Translations under genes and position numbers: made by a program
The notes under the pieces: model-generated
What the model saw: only the letters and a program-made list of their open reading frames with translations
Told to the model about the DNA's origin: nothing
Database searches by the model: none
Shown: one piece after another, positions 14,796 to 29,589 of the stretch
How the letters are laid out: each line of letters opens with the position of its first letter
Position numbering within the stretch: position 1 is the first letter of the stretch
Origin: the human T2T-CHM13v2.0 reference genome, Homo sapiens
Assembly (NCBI RefSeq): GCF_009914755.1
Contig: NC_060929.1
Direction: 5' to 3' (one strand)
DNA length: 64,000 nt

Positions 14796-17568
14796 AAAGT
14801 ATAGAGCACATTGTTTCTCATGTTAAGGTGGTACCAAATTAAGTTTTCTCAGTTCTACTTAGACTTTGCATCCTAAAAATTGTCAAAAGTATTTAGTTAT
14901 TCACATTAAACTAGTCATCTAGACTTTTAATAATACAATACTTAGGATTTATGGTCTTATGTTTCTCTGAATTTCCATCAACATTCTTTCTGTTATTTGT
15001 ATATTCAAACTAACTAAAATAAAACTTTTCTCTGAACCTTGAAGCAAAAGCCTCAGTCCAGAAAGTTGACTAAAATACACAGAATGACCATCTGCTTGTC
15101 AATATCTTCTGAATATTCATATTTTCAGGACTTTATATGAAGTGCATATATTAAGATGTTCTTTTCATTGATTTAAAATTCATAAGTAAACAGTAAATGA
15201 ATTTTCAAATATCTGAATAACATGTTACAACAAAGCCAAACAAAACACTAAGCTTTCCTGGTGTCCATTTTTGTTGGAATTCATGCCAATCATTGTTACT
15301 GTTCAGCAAATTTATTTTCTAAAATCACATTTCAGGGAGCTAGAGCTTTGAATGACATGCCCAGCTCAACTCATTTTTCAAACTAGAATTAAAGTATTAC
15401 CAGTTGGTTGCATTCTGTTCTCACAAGGATGGTATGCTATTTTTTTTTTTTCTAAAATATGACAATGAGATGCAGAAAGTGTCATGTTATCAAATGTGAA
15501 GTAGATGAGTTCCCCCTGAGGAAAAACTTTCCACAACAGGTCAAACAGTTGTCTGAAAAACATTTAAATTTATGAACTCTTCATACATTTGCATGACAAT
15601 GAGTCACAATATAAATTCATGTACCCTTATTATTTAAATTGAGGATAAGTAGCATAATGTAACTGAAATTGTGTCTTTAAAAATGGCACTTAACACCTAA
15701 GGTATTTCTTCTTTGTTCTTGCTGTTACTCAGCAGATAAAATAACAACTGATGACAATACTAATACTGGATTAAAAGGGGAAACTAAATGCATGCAGAAA
15801 CACATTATAACATAAAACATTGTATCTAATCAATTTATTCATTAATAAATCTATAAATTAAAAGGATGTGATTTGCATGGTGTAAGAAAAAATGAAATGA
15901 ACTGAAAGCTCTTAGAAACCAAATTTCACACTATCTGGCTGAGTGACTTAAAAAAATCCTCTAATTCATCTTTCTTATGTTAAAAAAGGAGTCAAATTAT
16001 ATCAACTGTTAGGTCTCTTGAAAATGTTCTATTATCTTTAGACTTGACTGTAACAGAATAACTTGTGGATATTTTAAAAAATACAAACGTGTATGCCACT
16101 CCAGAATATTGAGAATTCTAGTATTGGGATATGGGCATTATAATTTTATTATGAATATACATATACACCCTAGATGGATAGATATATCAATATACCTATA
16201 TATCTCTGTCTTTATGTACATATATAAAAATATAAAGATATATCAATGTATGTCTATCTAACTATAAAGTTGTTGTTTAAACAATTTGGCCATTTATACT
16301 TGTCAGGCTCTTGTAACAAGGAACAACTTTTAGAGGTGACAGTATGTTGTAGTTTCTTGGTTACTACAATGTTTTTGCAATTAATTGTGTTTAATTTGTG
16401 ATTTTATGACACAACCAGCCACTTATTGGCAATCATCAAACCAGTCTACACTCTAGTCAATGACACACTATCCATGGTGCCAGTTACGCACTCTGCAAGA
16501 GGTACATTAGAATTAGAAACAACGTATCAGTAGCATAAATGACAAAACATATTCTGAGAGTACTATAAAATCTTTTATTTTGTGTTCTGTAAGAGAACAT
16601 AAGGCCAAGACAAGGACTAAACATAAAATGCCACTCAAAAGTGTTAATCTAGTGGCCTACCAGGCACTTGAATCCATTTCATGCAAGGATACATGGATCT
16701 TTAAAATACACACAGTAAGAACACTAATCATTAAAAAACAAGCATAAAATTAATAGCCTCTATGCTAACAAATAACTGTTTTGTAGCAGTGTTGTTGTGG
16801 TACTTAGATCTGATATTTGGTCTCATGATTAGAAGTTTTTAAGACTAGTAAGCCCCTGCCCCATTGTGCATATTAATGAGATGTATAATTCTAATGACCT
16901 ACTTGAGGGTGAAAGTTAAAGCAAATATACACAGATTTCTATGACTGGCCATGAAGAAGAAACAGAAATGAATCTTCAAACTGTAAACAACCATAAAACT
17001 GGGAGAAAGGAAACAACAGTTTTAAATAATGGTCTAAGCGTAGTCAAAAACTGTGATCCTTATTTGACATGAAAAAAAAAATGAGGTAAGTCCCACAATT
17101 ACTTCGGAATTCTGGATGAATGTATTTATATGACTATGAGTACAGGGAGTAAACATATTAAAAATTCTGGTCGTCAGGATGATTTGGGGAAATGGAGTTT
17201 GAGATTGTCAAAGCTGAGGAAGCTGATAGTTTTGAGACATGTTTTAGGAGAAGAGAAAGTTATGGAGAAGAAATCCACAAAAAATCTATATCACAATTGC
17301 TTTGAGTATTGGCTGAGTATTAAATCAGTCATGCTTATGATGAGACTTTACAATACAGAGCTTAAAAATACTGCAGAATTTTAGGATGAGCAATTTCAAA
17401 AGCTCACAAAAAGCAAGGACGTAGAACTAAATGGAATTTCTAGAACCTATATATAAAATATACCAAATGAAAATTTTACTGGATGGGATATGCAGTAGCT
17501 TATGCACTATAGTAGCAAATATTAAAATGAATACATAAGAGAATTTCTTCAAATGAAAGTACAAATAG

Positions 17569-17920
<352 letters not shown>

Positions 17921-17929
17921 AATATAATC

Positions 17930-18191
17930 TTTCTTTCCAGTCCTTGGACAACAACTCTATGCTCCTTGGCCAATGGACCCCAGGACTTACAACAGTGCCC
18001 CACAGGTTCTCAGGTCTATGCCCTTGAACTGAGAGTCACATCTTTGGCTTTCCTAATTCTGACGTCTTTGGGCTTCAACTGAGCCATGCTACCAGTATTC
18101 CAATGGCTCCAACTTGCAGACACCCTGTCATGGAACTTCTCAATCTCCATAGTTATATCAGCCAAACCCTTTAATAAATTCCCTTTCATAA

Positions 18192-18226
<35 letters not shown>

Positions 18227-18288
18227 ATCTATCTTTCTATCCAACCATCCTGTTAGTTCTGTCTGTCTGGAGAACCCTGAATAATACA
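17930..18288 (+). mobile_element. MLT2B-like ERVL LTR, 3' half, containing (TCTA)8
   Basis: aacttgcagacaccctgtcatggaacttctcaatctccata...cctgttagttctgtctgtctggagaaccctgaataataca; (TCTA)8 at 18193-18224. Confidence 0.85.
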
Positions 18289-21200
18289 GAGAGAGAGAAA
18301 ACAATAACAACAGAGACTCACTGCCTGTAAAACAATTACAAATTGTCTAATACTATGTGTAACTAGAGTTTAATATTAAGTATAACTGGAAAGGAAGAGA
18401 TACAGAAATATGTATGAAAAAATAAACACAAAAAGTTTTCCAAATTTGATTAAAATTTCAAATACTACAAATTCAGGAATATCATATAACTTAGACAAAA
18501 GAAAACCAAACTATATCCTGTCATAATCAAATTGGTGCAAACATGTGACAAAAAGAAAATCTTTAAAGTACAACGAAGTGTAACACAGATGTGCAAAATA
18601 GCAGTCTTTTCTGAAATTACATGCACATGAAACCAATAAAATAACATCTTCAATATGTTTAGGGTTGTTGGGGGAGAAGAGGGCTTTCAAGCTAGAATTC
18701 TATTTCCAGAAAAGAATAAATTTTAAACTGAGTGTACAGTAAAGACAATCAACAGAGTTGCAGATGGAAAGTAGCACACATGAAGGGATGAAAAATTGTA
18801 GAAATTATAAATATGTAGTAAAATAATTTAAATGTACTAAAACCAAATTGACTATTAAAAATACTAATTTTATATCATGAGAGTTCTAACGTGTAATAAA
18901 AAGCAAATAAATAATGACATTAATACAAATAAAGGGAGATACATAGAATGATGCTGCTCTAAGTTTCTTATATGTGAAGTAAAATAATGTATCAAAGGTG
19001 ATTTTCATTAATGTAAGTTAAAATTCATTTTAAATCTAATTGACTATAAAATAAAGTTGATTGATAAAAATAATTTACTTATTCAAAAAAGAAGGAAAAA
19101 GAATAATAGATGGTATTAAAAGAAGGCATAAAGTAATAGTAATATAGTAGGCTTAAATCCTATAATACCCAAAATTATATTAATGGCAAATGGTCCAATT
19201 ATTCATTAACACTCTAAGTAAATTGTAGAGATTGTGACATTGAATAAAAAGCAAGTCAATCTTCAAGACAAACAAGCCAATCAATCATTTTTATACCTCA
19301 AAATTCAATTAAATAAAACAATATATAATTTTTACTCTCAATATTGAAATATTAAGAAGCAGTTTGTAGACAACATAATGTCTATACAGCATAGTAACTA
19401 AACAAATGCTCTTGAACTCACAATTAAAAATAAAACATTACTAAATGCAGTAAGAATATATGTCCATAATAAATAAGAATAAGCATAATTTTATATTCAC
19501 CAGAAAATTATAAATTAACATTATAAAGTTATTATACCCACTATAATTGCAAAAGTAAATAAGAGGTCTTACCAGTTCACGTTTCATTAAAGAATCAGAG
19601 CATCAGGCACAATTGCTATAGGAAGGTAAACTGCAGTAGCATCTTCTAAAATATAATCTGGCAGTATCTTCTGTGGTTAAACATGCACAAACTATGTCTC
19701 AGTAATCCAGTCTCCAGGTGTACATATCAGGGACATGTACAAAGATGTCCACAGAAACATTATAATGGTAAGATGCTGGCACTGAGATCAGTTCAAAACT
19801 CCATTCAACAGAGAATGGATAGTTATACTATGCTATATTTATATACAAAAAATACACTTCAAGGAAGAAAATAAGCTACAACTGAATTAACATATCTATG
19901 AAACTTAGAGACTAAATGTGGATTGAAAACGTCCTGCAAAAGATTAATGTAGAAGTGTCATGTTTATAAATCTTAAAAGCAGACATCTATAATTTTTTAA
20001 AATCCCAGATCCTGTAAAGAGTAAAGGTTAAATTTAATGCACAGCCAGAATTGAAAACTATTGTTATAGAATTAACAGGTAAGGTTAAAATAATCTGATT
20101 TCTCACTATCACTTTTTTCTTGAAAAATATAGTTTTGAAATATTGTTTCCTAATTTTCAAACTGGCATTTCAGAGATTGATCACTGCTGTCATAAAATCA
20201 TTGTAAAGATGTGTGCAATGTATTTACCTAAGAACAAGAAGAGTAGTAATCAATGTTACCATTGCAGAAGAGAAAAACAGTCTTCAATTCTTAATAAACT
20301 GGAGGTACATTAATCAGTACTCCCAAATTAAATATGGTACTCAAAGCCATAAGCCATCATAGTATCTTTAGATAAAAAAGCCCTCCTCCATCACATTCTA
20401 TTAATTTTTTTAAATTTTGGATTATATCAGTGTCAGGACACCAGGTAAGTCTGAGAGGTAGCCAGAAGAGGCTGATACATGTTCCCTGAACATGTAACTC
20501 TTGATGTGCAAGAAGCGATTAAAATTGTATGCCACTCTACACACTTGAGAGCAAATTTGTTTAATTTCATTGCCTTTTGAAAGTACAGAGTACCATTTAC
20601 TACAGTAAAAATTGAATGTTAAGAGTGTATTTGAATCATAAGTAATTCTTATGTAAGATTTATCATGTCCTTTTGTTGTTAATTATTATTCACATCACTG
20701 CAGTGCCTGATAGCCACCCAATAGTGTTGCAAGTTCCTGAAAAAGTTAATAAACCCTTTCGTGGCTAGCTTACCATCATGTACTGCTTAATCGTATTTTG
20801 TTAAAGAACATACTATAGTAGATTGTCCGTTTAGTTCCATAAATATAACTGAATGACAAAATAATTGAAGAATATTATTTGATGTTATAAAACACATAAT
20901 ATGTTTACTTTTAAATCATACCTTTTAACATGCTTAGAATATGGTTTTAGGCTTTACTGATATACTTTTGAAAATCCCCAATAACTAATGGCATTAATCT
21001 TGTATTTGTGTCAAACACAGGACAACTCATATTATTTTTCTTGTAAAATATTGTTAGCAATACAGAATTATGGTAATTACCCTAACAGTCTTCAGATTTT
21101 CTCATAACTTCACATGCAAACAAACCAAGGATGTCATACTTCCTCTCTGTCCTCTAGGAAACAGGTATTTTCCTAATACATAAAACATTTCCAAGGCAAT

Positions 21201-22573
21201 ACAATCTCTTCAGAATGAAGCAATTATTACTGCTATTACCATTATGAAGTGGTATTAAAACTCCTTATGAGGAAACTAAATATACCAACTTAAGAGTACT
21301 TCTTATCCACATCATTACTCAGATTGACTATTCACAGGCCAGTTGCTGAGGAAAGAATTGCAAAGCCAAAGGGTATATTTGAGTCATAAGCTAAAAGGAG
21401 ACACCATGTTACCAGATTACACATGGGGCAGGAGAAGCACACTGCTGTTTATGGAACACACTGCTTAAATGTTCTGACAGATCTTTCCTCACTTTCTAAT
21501 TAATATTTTAATTTTACATATTCTTATTAAATAAAAAACTTGACTTGCATAAGTAATGGTACAGTTTAAGCCATCTTTGGCATATTTTTCCCTGACCTGA
21601 AGGAAAAATCTAGGAGGAAGTTTCTAAGGCAAGTTGGAGGTTGTATTATCGCCAAAGATAAAGAAGGAATCCAAAACCTAGGTAGAATTTTTAAAAAGCC
21701 CTTACAGTCAATATTTACGTATTGACTAATAAGTGAATAAGAAGTTCAAATTCACACTGTAATCCTTTATTGGACGTACAGTTATCCCTGGCCATCACAA
21801 TATCTCTTTTTTAAGAACTTAATTTAAAATAATTATTTTATAATTCATAGCTAACACAATATAGGATGAAAGATAAGTAATGTAGAATCACAACTGTGTA
21901 ACTGAGAAAATATAAGTATAGTTCCCAGCTTTTCAAGGCATAATTTTTTCTATTCTACAATTTTAAATGACCTCACCTAAAGTACTTTACATATGTGCCC
22001 ATCTTGTTGGTCCAAATTTCAGGATAAACAATAAGTGTTTTTTCCTGTATATAATTTATTCTAAGCAAAGAAGCCAATATAGCTGCCATTTGTTTTGGTT
22101 ACTTCTCATCCTTTTTTTTGGCATATAAACAATGATTTAGTGAACAAATGAATGATGGACTTATTTAATACTCTAGATAGTTCTATAACAATTCATCGTC
22201 ATGGTGAAAATATACACAAATTATGTTTCAACAACATTCATTTGGGATAAAAGTTGCAATAGATGTTACCTTTCTCTTGCATTTGTTGCACCTATTTTGT
22301 TATACCTGACTAGATGAATTCATGTTTTTAAAGTCAATTTTCTTTCAGAAATTACCAGCTGTTTAAACCTTTTAAAATTAGATAAGAAGAATAAGGGAAC
22401 AAAAATGTAATCTTTTCCAAAGGGCTAAATAAGGCATAACTGTATTATGTTAATTTTTAAAATGCCATAAGAAATTAAAGTACTTTGGTTAACTAAATTC
22501 TAAATAACTTTATTTATATTTAAGTTGTGAAAAATTAATTTTTCCTTTCATGGTAATAAAAAATTAAAGAGAG

Positions 22574-23014
22574 TGTATTAGTTTCCTATGGCTGACATAA
22601 TAAATCATCGAAAACTGGGTGGCTAAAACAGAAATTATTTTCTCACAGTTCTGGAGGCCACAAGTCAGAAATTAAGGTGCCATCTGGCCCACACTACTAC
22701 TAGAGGTGTGAAGGGAGATTCCATTTCTCGCATCTTCCAGCTTCAAGTGGCTGTCAGCATGCCTTGATTTGTGGCTGCATCAACACAATCCCTGCATCTG
22801 TCTGCACACAGCCCTCTCTTCTGTCTGTGTCTTCTCCTCTTTTGTCTCTTAATAGGGCACCATTTATTTGATTTAGGGCTCATTCAGAAATATTTTATCT
22901 CAGGATCCTTAATTATGTATACAAAGACCCTTTTACTAAGTAAAATAACACTCATAGAATTTGGCGATTAGGACGTGGATATTTCTTTTGGGGACCACTA
23001 TTCAACCCACTAAA
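22574..23014 (-). mobile_element. MLT1B/C MaLR solo LTR
   Basis: tgtattagtttcctatggctg...tctcacagttctggaggcc...ccactattcaacccactaaa; TSD-like gagag / gaaag. Confidence 0.9.
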
Positions 23015-23379
23015 GAAAGTATCCACCAAATGTACATTTTGGAACAGCATCTGATAAACTCAACATTTAGAGGTCCAGGTTGTGAAGAAGTAGCCATAAA
23101 TAGAAAGAGATAAATGTCATTCATTATCTTGCGCCAATAATCTAATGGGTCCATCTACATTTCTTTTCTCCATCAAATCATTGTTTCTGATAAGACTAGT
23201 GGAGATGACGACATGTTGCCTCAAGTTTAAAACTCCCTTGGTAATTCCTAAGACAAGTTTGTTTATTCATGGTTTTATCTCGCATAACTGGGAGACAGCC
23301 TGGTTTGACTATGTGACAATGAAGTAAAAAACCTCCTCTGGGAATACTGGTCTTAAGTAGTTTACTAGATGGACCCTCA

Positions 23380-24990
23380 CCATTTAACCTTTTCTATAGT
23401 TAATATTTTTTGTAATCTTTGAATAAATATTTTGCTAGCTAAAGACTGTGAAGATACTCTTTAATGTTTTCACCCGGAATATGTATTATTTTGCATTTGA
23501 AATATGTATCTATACTTCATATGGAATCGATTTTCACACAGAATAAAATAAAGGCAAAGTTTCCCATATGAATACCAAATTTTTCCAGGATTTTTAATTA
23601 TACAGCCTACTGTTTCTACATGGGATGGCAGCATTGCAATTTCATAAATACAGTGATGAAATAGTTGTAAGTTTGTTTCTGGACCACTTATGGTGTTTCA
23701 ATAACCTTATTTGATTTTCTTTAAGCAGTATCTAAATTAATGTAACTTCTTAATAGATGAGCACATAATAGTGTAAGTTTTCCAGCCCTTTTTAAAGTCA
23801 AGATTGTCTAGGTTTTCCCCATACCATTGTAATTTTATACATAAGCTTAAGAATCAAATTGTCAATTTTCCCTCATAAAACACGTGGTTTTGATTGTGAT
23901 GCATTGACTCTAGAGATTTAAAAACATAATCTTTTAACATTGATTTTTCCAACCCATTCATATACTATATTTGCTATATGTCTCCATTTAGTTAGCTCTC
24001 CTTTTAGTAAATCTCAATGATGTTTTGTTTTTATTCTGTGTAGAGGTTTTGTATATCATTCATATTTTTAGCTTGATATTTTATGCTTTGCATGCTATTT
24101 TCATAGCATAATTTTAACATGACATTTCTAAAATCTTGGTAGGTATATAAAAATATGACAAATAGCTCTGTATATTATATATGGAAATATATAAATATGC
24201 GCGTGTGTGTGTGCATATAAATTTTTGTATCCATCAAGCTTGCTTAAATTGTTAAATTATGAGCTTAAGTACAGAGTCTTCAGGTTTTTTATTCATAAAC
24301 TTATGTTATTTACAAATAGCAAGTTATCATTTTTCTTTGCCCTTTGTGCTGATAAGAATGCCGGTATAGCCTCAAATGGTGTGTTTTATTGAGCATCCTT
24401 ATTGTACTTTGTATCTCAGGAGGAACAATTTCAACACTTCAGCCATTCATTACTGAATATGTGTTTACTCTTGTTATTTTTGGTTTTTAATCTTCCTTTT
24501 TAAAATAAATACACTTTATGAGGTTAAAATAAATCTTCCTAGTTTTCCAAGCAGTTTCAGATGTGCATTAAATTATAGGAAATTATACTCCTGCAGTTAC
24601 TTATAAACATTTAAATGAATACCATATGTTTTTGTTTCTCGTTCATTTTCTTAATATGGTGAATTACATGGCTTGATATTTCTGCATTGCATTTATTGAA
24701 AGCTCATTATTTTGATATCTATTTCCTTTAGTTAGGTAAGTCAGATGGATAGGACAGACAGATGGATTTGTTTTGTTAATATTTTGTTTAGAAATTTTAA
24801 ATCTATGTTGTGTAGGATTAATTTGTATTTTTTTTCTTTTTCAGTATTCTTGTCTCACACTGGCATTGAGATATTTATAAATGGACACATGAAACAATTT
24901 GGAATGTTTCTCTTGTTTTCTGTTTGCTGGAAGAGTTTGTGTGTGACTGGTATTTTTTTTCCCCTTAACTATCTGGAAATAATCATCAGG
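23380..24990 (-). mobile_element. Old L1M ORF2 fragments, antisense
   Basis: T-rich decayed L1 motifs (agcttaagaatcaaattgtcaatttt, ttttgtatccatcaagcttgcttaaattg, gatttgttttgttaatattttgtttagaaattttaaatctatgtt). Confidence 0.65.
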
Positions 24991-25741
24991 TTTCCTTTCT
25001 TAAACAAATAGGCTTAATCAGTAGCAATGCCCCATTACTAGACTCCCTAAGAAAGATTTTGAATGTACCTTGAAAAAAGGCACAAAGGTCCCTCTTGTTT
25101 CCTTAGAAACAGAATTTTCTTGTCCTGAAAATACTGCAGTTAGCAAGTGAAGATCCTTCTGGTGGTTTCCTAGGGCGCACTGGTCCTGTTCTTCCTTCTC
25201 ACTGCCTATAGTAACCAGTTTCCTTCAGGATGGTCCATTTACAGAGCAAAATGGACAAGCAGTCAATTTAAAATTCCATTTATATTCAAGAAGTTTCTTT
25301 ACTGCATAGTTTTATTTCCTTTGGAGCATCTTTAGGAAGTTGAAAGTTGAATTAGAAAACAAACAAATATTATCTCACTAATATTGGTCACTGCTTAACC
25401 TTCATTACTTAGCTTTCATTTTTATGTAGTGGAGTGGGAATTCTAATTTATTTCTATAGAGTAAATTACTGCACATTTTAAAATAACCAATTCTTCATGA
25501 ATATTTTTCTTCAATATTTACAAAAATGGTATATGAACAGCAATTAATCTTGAAGTGTGAAGTGTTATTTCTTTGCAGGTAAATTTCAGCCATGAATACA
25601 TGCATTGCCATTACATTCAAAATGTTTAATATTCTGTGTCATTGAGATCATTATTTTATATTATCTTTATTGTCTATATTATGTACTGAATATTTTTGTG
25701 ATATTATTTCTAGAACTAAGAAAAAAATTCAGAATGGGATC

Positions 25742-26592
25742 TGTAAACCACAAAGAAAATTCTAAGCCACTCACCTGACTGAATGGACCCCTTTTTCTTG
25801 GCCAGTAGGATTATAACATCAATCTGAAAGAACAGTTGAGGCCATGATGGCAAGGGGGAGTCAGAAGTGCCTCATTATACCCTCCTCCTTTTGGAATTCA
25901 GGAACAACTGACCAGCATTAATATAAAACAGAGACCTTAAACCTAACAAAACAGACTACAGCAGTAAGATATCAAATTCCAACCTGACTCTGGTATAACA
26001 CCACATGACAGACAGCAGACCCTAAAAGAAATGCAAGTATGTTACCCCAAAATAATATTCCTTTGACACATTTTAAAATGACTCTGCAAAATTGTCTCTT
26101 GTAGGGAAAACCTATATTCTGTAGAGCATCTCCTCCTGCTTCCAAGTCTTTTCTTGATCCTGGAGAGATTTAACTAAGTCTGGCACCTTTTAAGGCCCGA
26201 TAAGAAACATTCACCACCTATTCTACATAATAAGAACCTCAGTCTCCACAACCCCTTATCTTAACCCACACACTCCTTTGTATTGATTCCCGGTTTTAGC
26301 TAATAACTAACTCTTTCAACAAATTGCCATTCAGACAATCTTTGAATCCACCTATGGCCTGTAAGCCCCTGCTTTAAATTGTCCTGTCTTTCTAGACTGA
26401 ACCAATGCATACCATACATGTATTGATTGATGTCTTATGTCTTCCTAAAACATATAAAACCAACCTATACCCAATCATCTTGGACACATCTTTTCAGGAT
26501 CTCTTGAGACTGTGGCTTAGGCCTTGGTCACTAATATTTGGCTCAGAATAAATTTCATATATTTCACAGTGCTTGACTCTTTTTCAAGGAAA
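25742..26592 (+). mobile_element. MER4-group (MER4D-like) ERV1 solo LTR
   Basis: Starts tgtaaaccacaaagaaaattctaagcc...tgaatggacccc; ends ggctcagaataaa...atatttcacagtgcttgactcttttt; 4-bp TSD gatc (25738-25741 / 26593-26596). Confidence 0.9.
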
Positions 26593-27308
26593 GATCTGTA
26601 AAGCAGTCCTGTGTTTATCTAGAATAAACTCAATAAAAATCAAATAGGAGAATGCAAGTAAAAGGATTTATTTTTATGTGAGTAAATATATCAGTTAATA
26701 AACAAATAAACCTCTGAACTGGTCTGGAATTTTTGTGTATATGTGTATCATGTGTGAGACTGTATTATTGCTTGTCTATTTGCATCCCTGACATATCTTT
26801 TTTAAAAATCCAAACCAAGAGTTGACAACAACAGAATTTAATATCAAGAATATTTTGGCCTTTCATTATTAATAAAATGAATGTTTCTTTCAGATGCAAA
26901 CACTAGTGGGTTTGGAATAGCTCTAAATCATTATAACATTGCTTCTAAAAAGCAAGTTGAAGTGGTCAAGTAATATGAGGAGAAGATAGGTTATATTTTT
27001 TACATAAACTTAAAAAGAATATTAAGCATCATGAATCATATTAATATGATATGAACATAGAAAGAGTCATGATGGAATAATTGTTATCTGTAGTCCAAAA
27101 TTTTTCTTAGTAGATCCAAAGAAGGACAGGAGTAAATGGGTAAAAGATTTAAAGAAAAGTTTTGCAGTGCTTCATGGAGACTGGCAGAAAAACTACTTGG
27201 TAACAGTGGCATTTCCTTACATTTCAGATGACACAGAACATCTATAAATCTACATTTAGGAGATGAATTTGTGCTAGCTAAAAAAAAAAAAAAAAAAATT
27301 CTTACTTA

Positions 27309-27521
<213 letters not shown>

Positions 27522-28391
27522 GTTCATTTTTTGTAATATTAACTCACAGATGATTTAACACAGCCAAAATATTAAACCTATTGATACCAACAATTCAAAC
27601 AATTCTATTATGGCTTTCAATTCAGACACACAAACATATTAAGAGCAAGGGAGTTATCAAGTAGTCAGAACAATGGTCTCGTCATGTGGCTGTACATTTA
27701 CTAAGATATCAGCAGCATGTGGGCTTCTTTGTGTGAAATAACATTCAGAATGACCATCTTTTTTGACCATTAAAATGCAATTCTCTTTCTCTAATCACCT
27801 AAGCTTGTTTGTAAATCAATGTAAATAATTTAATTTAGGTCAGAGCAGAATAATTTTTTCATAATTTCTATGAATCCAAAAGTAAGTATAAAAGTACTTT
27901 CTACCATTAGAAATCGGGCTTTATAGATACTTAGCAAGTAGTAATGATTTACAACTTTCATTTAATTCATGAGAAGTGTCTAGTACCCAAAGTATAGTAA
28001 TTTAATCTCTGTAAAGACACATACTATACTTTCTGTAAGGACATTTTTCCTCCAAAAAAAGACATTAATAATAGCTTGCATTTGTTGAGTGCCTAAAATG
28101 ATCCAGGCACTGAATCTATTATACTTACCAGTACATGAATCAGACTCTTATATGGTAACAGTGAATTACAGGTAAAAGACCTGCAAAGCTTATAACCTAT
28201 TTAAGAAATAATATCTAGATAAACACAATGACAAAAGGGGAGATGAAAATAAGAAGACTATAGTTAATTTTAGCCTCTGATATCTACAGATATGAATATG
28301 AGTGGTGACAAGGTGATAGGGAGGGAAATATTGTATAATCCACTGGATTTGGTCTCAGTCTCTCAGCGACCTGATCCTGGTCTGGTCTGTA

Positions 28392-28469
<78 letters not shown>

Positions 28470-28546
28470 ATATATATACGTATATATGTGTGTGTATATA
28501 TACATACATACACACACACACACACATATATATGTATATGTATGTA
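28392..28546. repeat. Compound (TA)n/(TG)n/(CA)n microsatellite
   Basis: 155 bp of uninterrupted purine/pyrimidine alternation. Confidence 0.98.
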
Positions 28547-28761
28547 AAGGATATATATACAGTATATATACATATTATATACATAAAAACATAGATATGG
28601 GGAGAGAGAGAGAGAAATGTATAAGGATTTTGATCCTTTATGTTTTAACTACTCCATTTCACTATTTTATTTTTTATGAGCTTTCATTTTTAAAACCAAA
28701 AGAAACTATTTTATTAATTTTTAAGAATTCTCCTTTGTCACTTGTGACATTAATTCATGTT

Positions 28762-28940
28762 GCAGTACGTATAACATAATGATTAAGAGTTTGGTATCTG
28801 GAGTCAGAATTCCTGCTTTTAAGTCCTGACTTTATTCGCTGCATGACCCTCAACAAGTTTCCTCATTTGTTATATAGGGATAATAGGTTATACTACTAAT
28901 AACAATTTCACAGAGTTCCTGTGAGGACTAAATCACTCAA
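28762..28940 (+). mobile_element. MIR
   Basis: gattaagagtttggtatctggagtcagaattcctg...gctgcatgaccctcaacaagtttcctcatttgt...ggggataata...cagagttcctgtgaggactaaat. Confidence 0.75.
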
Positions 28941-28949
28941 AGAAATAGT

Positions 28950-29320
28950 GCAAGATCAGTAGTTGCCAGAAAATTGGGGGGAGAAGGGGGAAATACATGC
29001 ATGAAGCAAAAGGTGTATTTAGGGCAGTGAAACTATTCTATACGATATGACACTGTGAAGATAGATTCATGACACTATACATTTGTCAAAACCATTGTAC
29101 TGTACAAAACAAAGAGCAAAGCCTAATATAAGCTATGGGCTTTAGTTAATAATAGTGTCTATAGTGGCTCACCAAATGTAACAAATTTATTACACTAACG
29201 AGAGATACTAATAATAGGGCAAACTATGTGGGTATGGGGCAAGAGGGGAAGGGGGTTCTGTCCAACTTTTCTGTAAACCTAAAACTGCTATATAAATATA
29301 ATTTATTTGTTTTTTTAAAA
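28950..29320 (+). mobile_element. L1MC (MC1-3-like) 3'UTR fragment
   Basis: gatcagtagttgccag...tttagggcagtgaaactattct...tacatttgtcaaaacc...cttttctgtaaacctaaaactgct. Confidence 0.85.
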
Positions 29321-29589
29321 AAGGTTTTGCGTGTATCTTCCTATGAAGGACACTGCATTCCTGGAAGATGGAAGTTGGGATCATGTGTTGGAGGATACAT
29401 CGATGAATAATGATCTTCCCACCTACTGATGAGAACTGTAACCAAACTCAGAAGTTTCTTAGTGTCATCTTGTTTCTTCTTTGCAGTTTCTCACTACGAA
29501 CTTTAACAGGGTTTAAGAATAGAAATGTTTGGTTGTACACATTTTCAAGCAGCCTTAGAGAAATCTAATACTTAGATGAAGACTATGAT

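Noticed and set aside
20431-20450. Perfect donor CAG|GTAAGT with nearby AG (possible microexon)
   Set aside because: The implied exon would be 14 or 8 nt, not frame-preserving, with a weak pyrimidine tract. Expected by chance.
25738-26602. gatctgtaaa on both sides of the MER4 LTR, suggesting a 10-bp repeat or second LTR start
   Set aside because: Explained by the 4-bp TSD plus chance similarity; the sequence after 26602 is not LTR-like.
28284-28779. Five overlapping ORFs rich in Y/I/H/T/C/V
   Set aside because: Artefacts of dinucleotide repeats. The same applies to 17739-17954, 46693-46875 and 60534-60716.
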